Part shown: positions 39,723 through 42,611 of the stretch, piece by piece
Position numbering within the stretch: the stretch's first letter is position 1
Layout of the letters: the number at the start of each line of letters is the position of its first letter
Assembly (NCBI GenBank): GCA_964231155.1
Contig: CAXRKA010000083.1
Coordinates: forward strand, 1-42,611
Source of the DNA: Alphaproteobacteria bacterium
GTDB lineage: Bacteria; Pseudomonadota; Alphaproteobacteria; Micavibrionales; SZUA-601
Reading direction: 5' to 3'
Length of the DNA stretch: 42,611 nt
Made by a program: the position numbers and the translations under genes
Notes under the pieces: generated by a model
The model's input: only the letters and a program-made list of their open reading frames with translations
The model's database searches: none
What the model was told of the DNA's origin: nothing

Positions 39723-40844
39723 TTAGAATGAGATGTCCGTACCGACCAAGATGCTTGTTGCATCGTTATCAGTAGCATCACCGTCACTGTCAAACTCGTA
39801 GAAGTTTACAGAACCGCGGAAGCTCATGCCTGGACCGTATGTGTAACCAGCACCAATGGATAGACGATCTAGCTCATCATCACCAGTTGTTGCATCTTCA
39901 CCTTCAGAAGTAAGGTAAGATACACCAACGCGGTAAGCACCAGATGTATAATCACCACCGATAATGAATGTGTCTACATCACCATCTGTATCAATACCAT
40001 TGTTTGTTTCGTGGTATGCAGCACCGATTGAGAAAGCATCAAATGATAGCTTACCAGCGATGTTGTACTCATCAAGGTCATCAGACCCGACTGTGCCTGT
40101 TGCTGTACCAGTAGCGTCTTCTGCAGAAGCTGTCGCATAACCTGCACCGAAGTGAACACCAACACCATTAAACTCACCGTCGTAACGCGCAGCAATTTCA
40201 TAATGTGAGTCAAACTCTCCAGTGTCGTTGTCTGTTTCTGCACCAGCTAGGTTTTCAGTCGCTAGTTCTTGGCTGATGTCTGGTGAATATGTTACACCAA
40301 CTTGGAAACCGTTGAACTTAGGTGTCAAGAATGTGATCTTGTCAGCATCACCTGATGGGTCAGTTGCATAACTTGTGCTAGCAGCAAAATTAGCAGGAGC
40401 GTTAACGAACAAGAACTCAGGATCTAGACCGTCAATGTTAGAGTCTGCAGATGGAGCAGCGACTTGTAGCAAATAAGCAGCACCGTCTTCAGCACCAATA
40501 TTTACTCGACCCCAGTTGCCTGAGAAGTAAACATATGATTCTTCAACGTCTAAAGCTTCATTGTCTATTGCGATTGAATTAGCATTATCATCTGGCTCAG
40601 CCTGGATTTCAACGTTCACACCAACTGTTAAACCGTTGTCTAGAGTTGTTTCACCATTGAAGTGAATCTCAGCAGCACGCTTAAGATCCTGCTCAGCTAG
40701 GTCAGCTGTATCTTGGTCAGTTGTACCAGCATATGCTTTGAAGTTACCACCGACGCTTAGGTCGATTCCAGCAGCAGAAGCACCTGTCGCTGTGAAAGCA
40801 ACAAGACCAGCAATAGCTGTAGTTGTTAGTAGTAGTTTTTTCAT
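39723..40844 (-). CDS. Outer-membrane porin (beta-barrel)
   Basis: Signal peptide MKKLLLTTTAIAGLVAFTATGASA, alternating amphipathic strands rich in G/Y/T/D, and a C-terminal ...VGTDISF ending in Phe. Followed by a strong terminator. Confidence 0.65.
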   Translation of the reverse strand: MKKLLLTTTAIAGLVAFTATGASAAGIDLSVGGNFKAYAGTTDQDTADLAEQDLKRAAEIHFNGETTLDNGLTVGVNVEIQAEPDDNANSIAIDNEALDVEESYVYFSGNWGRVNIGAEDGAAYLLQVAAPSADSNIDGLDPEFLFVNAPANFAASTSYATDPSGDADKITFLTPKFNGFQVGVTYSPDISQELATENLAGAETDNDTGEFDSHYEIAARYDGEFNGVGVHFGAGYATASAEDATGTATGTVGSDDLDEYNIAGKLSFDAFSIGAAYHETNNGIDTDGDVDTFIIGGDYTSGAYRVGVSYLTSEGEDATTGDDELDRLSIGAGYTYGPGMSFRGSVNFYEFDSDGDATDNDATSILVGTDISF

Positions 40845-41003
40845 CTGAGTATCCTTTCAGAATGTTAGATTTTCACCTTAATAAGGCATAATTGCCCCGT
40901 TAAGAACACCTCTATTTAATATGGACTAGAGATAATGGTCAACACCGTTTAGAGGTTTGATCTCACAAAAACATGGGTATGTTACATTTTTGCAACAGTT
41001 TTG

Positions 41004-41699
41004 TTAGGAATTCGGGCCAAATATTAAACTTTTAGTAAGAATGCCCAACTTTCTTGCAGAATTTATTACAGTTGTATAAAACCAGCCATAGGCCTCAAAC
41101 CGTCTTTTACTTGTATAAATAGGGCTGTCTACCGCACGAACCCTAGCGCCCCTAAATTTAAGCCGATTCACAAACACCCAATCTTCGCTATACTTGTTTT
41201 CTTTGGGAAATCCCCCTACATCTTTAAACACATGCATGGGTAAACAAAGGCCCTGGTGCCCAGACGGCAAATCAAAAATCTGTGCCATCTCATTGCCAAT
41301 AAATCCATTAATGGCACACGCCCAGGGACCGTCGTCTAAAAAACGCAATGGGGAAAAGTAATAAATATTTCGTGCTGAAGCATTGTGTTGAATTTCTTTA
41401 GAAAGAATCGCATGCAAGCGACTCAAAGCAATAGGAGAAATGGCAGTATCAGCATGTAAAAACAAGACATACGGTCGTGTGGCTTGGGCTGCGCCATCAT
41501 TCATGGCTTTAGCCTTTGTTTCTCCAGTCGTTTCAACCCATTGAACCCCCATAGGCAGGTCTTCTATAGGATCTTCTGAAACCATAAGGATTTCTGTATG
41601 AGGAATAAAAACTGACAGCTGCTGAAGCAGCTCCATATGCTGCGTTTCTGAAAGTGCAACCGGTATAACTATGCTGAGTAAATCTGCCTTTTCTTCCAT
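41004..41699 (-). CDS. Family-2 glycosyltransferase (TIGR04283-like small GT)
   Basis: LSIVIPVALSE, KAKAMNDGAAQATRPYVLFLHADT, LPSGHQG, FPKENKYSEDWVFVNRL and YTSKRRFEAYG follow the pattern I recall for this small GT-A family. Confidence 0.6.
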   Translation of the reverse strand: MEEKADLLSIVIPVALSETQHMELLQQLSVFIPHTEILMVSEDPIEDLPMGVQWVETTGETKAKAMNDGAAQATRPYVLFLHADTAISPIALSRLHAILSKEIQHNASARNIYYFSPLRFLDDGPWACAINGFIGNEMAQIFDLPSGHQGLCLPMHVFKDVGGFPKENKYSEDWVFVNRLKFRGARVRAVDSPIYTSKRRFEAYGWFYTTVINSARKLGILTKSLIFGPNS

Positions 41700-41812
41700 T
41701 CTTTTGTAACGCCTAGTTTGTGAGCAAATTGATATTTATGCTTTTATGCTCGTTTCATATGAGATACAATACGGGCTTGGGATTTTGAATGAAACAATAA
41801 TTTGATTCTTTT

Positions 41813-42541
41813 ATGAGCAATATAAGCGGCGTAAAATTTGCTCTCCCTACGGGGGAAGACAATATTGATTTTGCCATCATACTTCCGATAGAAGATGGTG
41901 GACCAAAACAAGATACTCTTACAATGATTCGTCCTAATCGACTGGTCAGGGTGATGGCGCGTTTCTTGGCGAGCCAGGATATCTATTTCCGCTCCTCTGG
42001 CGGAGACGCACTTCTCTTACATTCTTTGCCTTGCGTGGGCGGGGAAGAGGACTCCGTTGAAACACAGTTAGAATTCATGGAAAATGCTGCGATAGAGCGC
42101 TGCGTATTTTTGATTGGTCAAAAACGCGATGATATTGATAAAGCTTGGTGTGCATTTAAGGGCAAACTGAAAACGGCCATTGAAAATATAAAAAGTGATG
42201 TCCAAGAATCACCCTTTCTTCCTCAGGATAATAAATTCTCTCGTACAGGAATTACGGTTTTGACTGCATTGGTTCGAGAACTTTGCGAGCATACCGTTGA
42301 CGATCATAAAAAAGGGCGACAAGAGCTTTTAAGAGAATTGTCCGACTATATTGTTTATAGCCCCAATCGTGGCGATAAATTCAAAGCGCGTGTGAACAAT
42401 ATGTTGAACACACCTGTTGAAGACAACCGTGAGGCGCGTATATTCCAAATGCTTTACGGTCGCTCTGTTCTGCCTGCCGATGCACACAAAGATGAAGCGC
42501 CAAAACCAATACCACAGCGCGAAGAATACTTCCCTGAATAG
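41813..42541 (+). CDS. Hypothetical protein (242 aa)
   Basis: Clean ORF divergent from the glycosyltransferase. No TM segment or signal peptide, and no family recognised. Confidence 0.4.
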   Translation: MSNISGVKFALPTGEDNIDFAIILPIEDGGPKQDTLTMIRPNRLVRVMARFLASQDIYFRSSGGDALLLHSLPCVGGEEDSVETQLEFMENAAIERCVFLIGQKRDDIDKAWCAFKGKLKTAIENIKSDVQESPFLPQDNKFSRTGITVLTALVRELCEHTVDDHKKGRQELLRELSDYIVYSPNRGDKFKARVNNMLNTPVEDNREARIFQMLYGRSVLPADAHKDEAPKPIPQREEYFPE

Positions 42542-42611
42542 CTTTCCTCTTGGCATTCAAAAAACAATTGTGTAGCCTTTGGCAAAAGAATACACCCGTA
42601 AAATGAAGCGC

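Overview
This 42.6 kb window is a densely packed chromosomal segment that looks like a compact, probably host-associated alphaproteobacterium. That placement is inferred from murJ-trpS adjacency, hslVU next to a hisA relic, a PleC/DivJ-type kinase, an NFU1-type scaffold, AFG1/ZapE, an ABC1 kinase and the porin type. About 45 genes are mostly housekeeping: fbaA (partial), crcB, an rRNA pseudouridine synthase, murJ, trpS, nfu, fadD, zapE, hslVU, gyrA, rimK plus its protease partner, upp, hemB, tgt, rpsT, mutM, comF, mrdA-mreDCB, a porin and a family-2 glycosyltransferase. I found no tRNA, rRNA, CRISPR array, transposase, integrase or phage genes, and no recognisable defence system.

Observations worth follow-up, in rough order of interest:
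1. A stand-alone eukaryote-type trimethylguanosine-synthase-like (cap guanine-N2) methyltransferase sits in a low-GC two-gene cassette between hemB and upp, tightly coupled to a 246-aa ORFan.
2. The Tgt homologue keeps its catalytic Asp residues but appears to have lost two of three zinc-site cysteines, has a remodelled preQ1 pocket and carries an insertion of about 18 aa.
3. An orphan HisA-like barrel beside hslVU has its first catalytic Asp replaced by Asn, and no other his genes are nearby.
4. An inositol-monophosphatase-family gene is split by a frameshift exactly at an A9 tract.
5. A small gene missed by the ORF track is interrupted by an in-frame TAG at a conserved Trp position, inside a second low-GC cassette between zapE and hslU.
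6. Six of seven convergent gene junctions overlap or are 7 nt or less apart.

All homology statements come from motif recognition and by-eye alignment to reference sequences recalled from memory. None has been checked by search.
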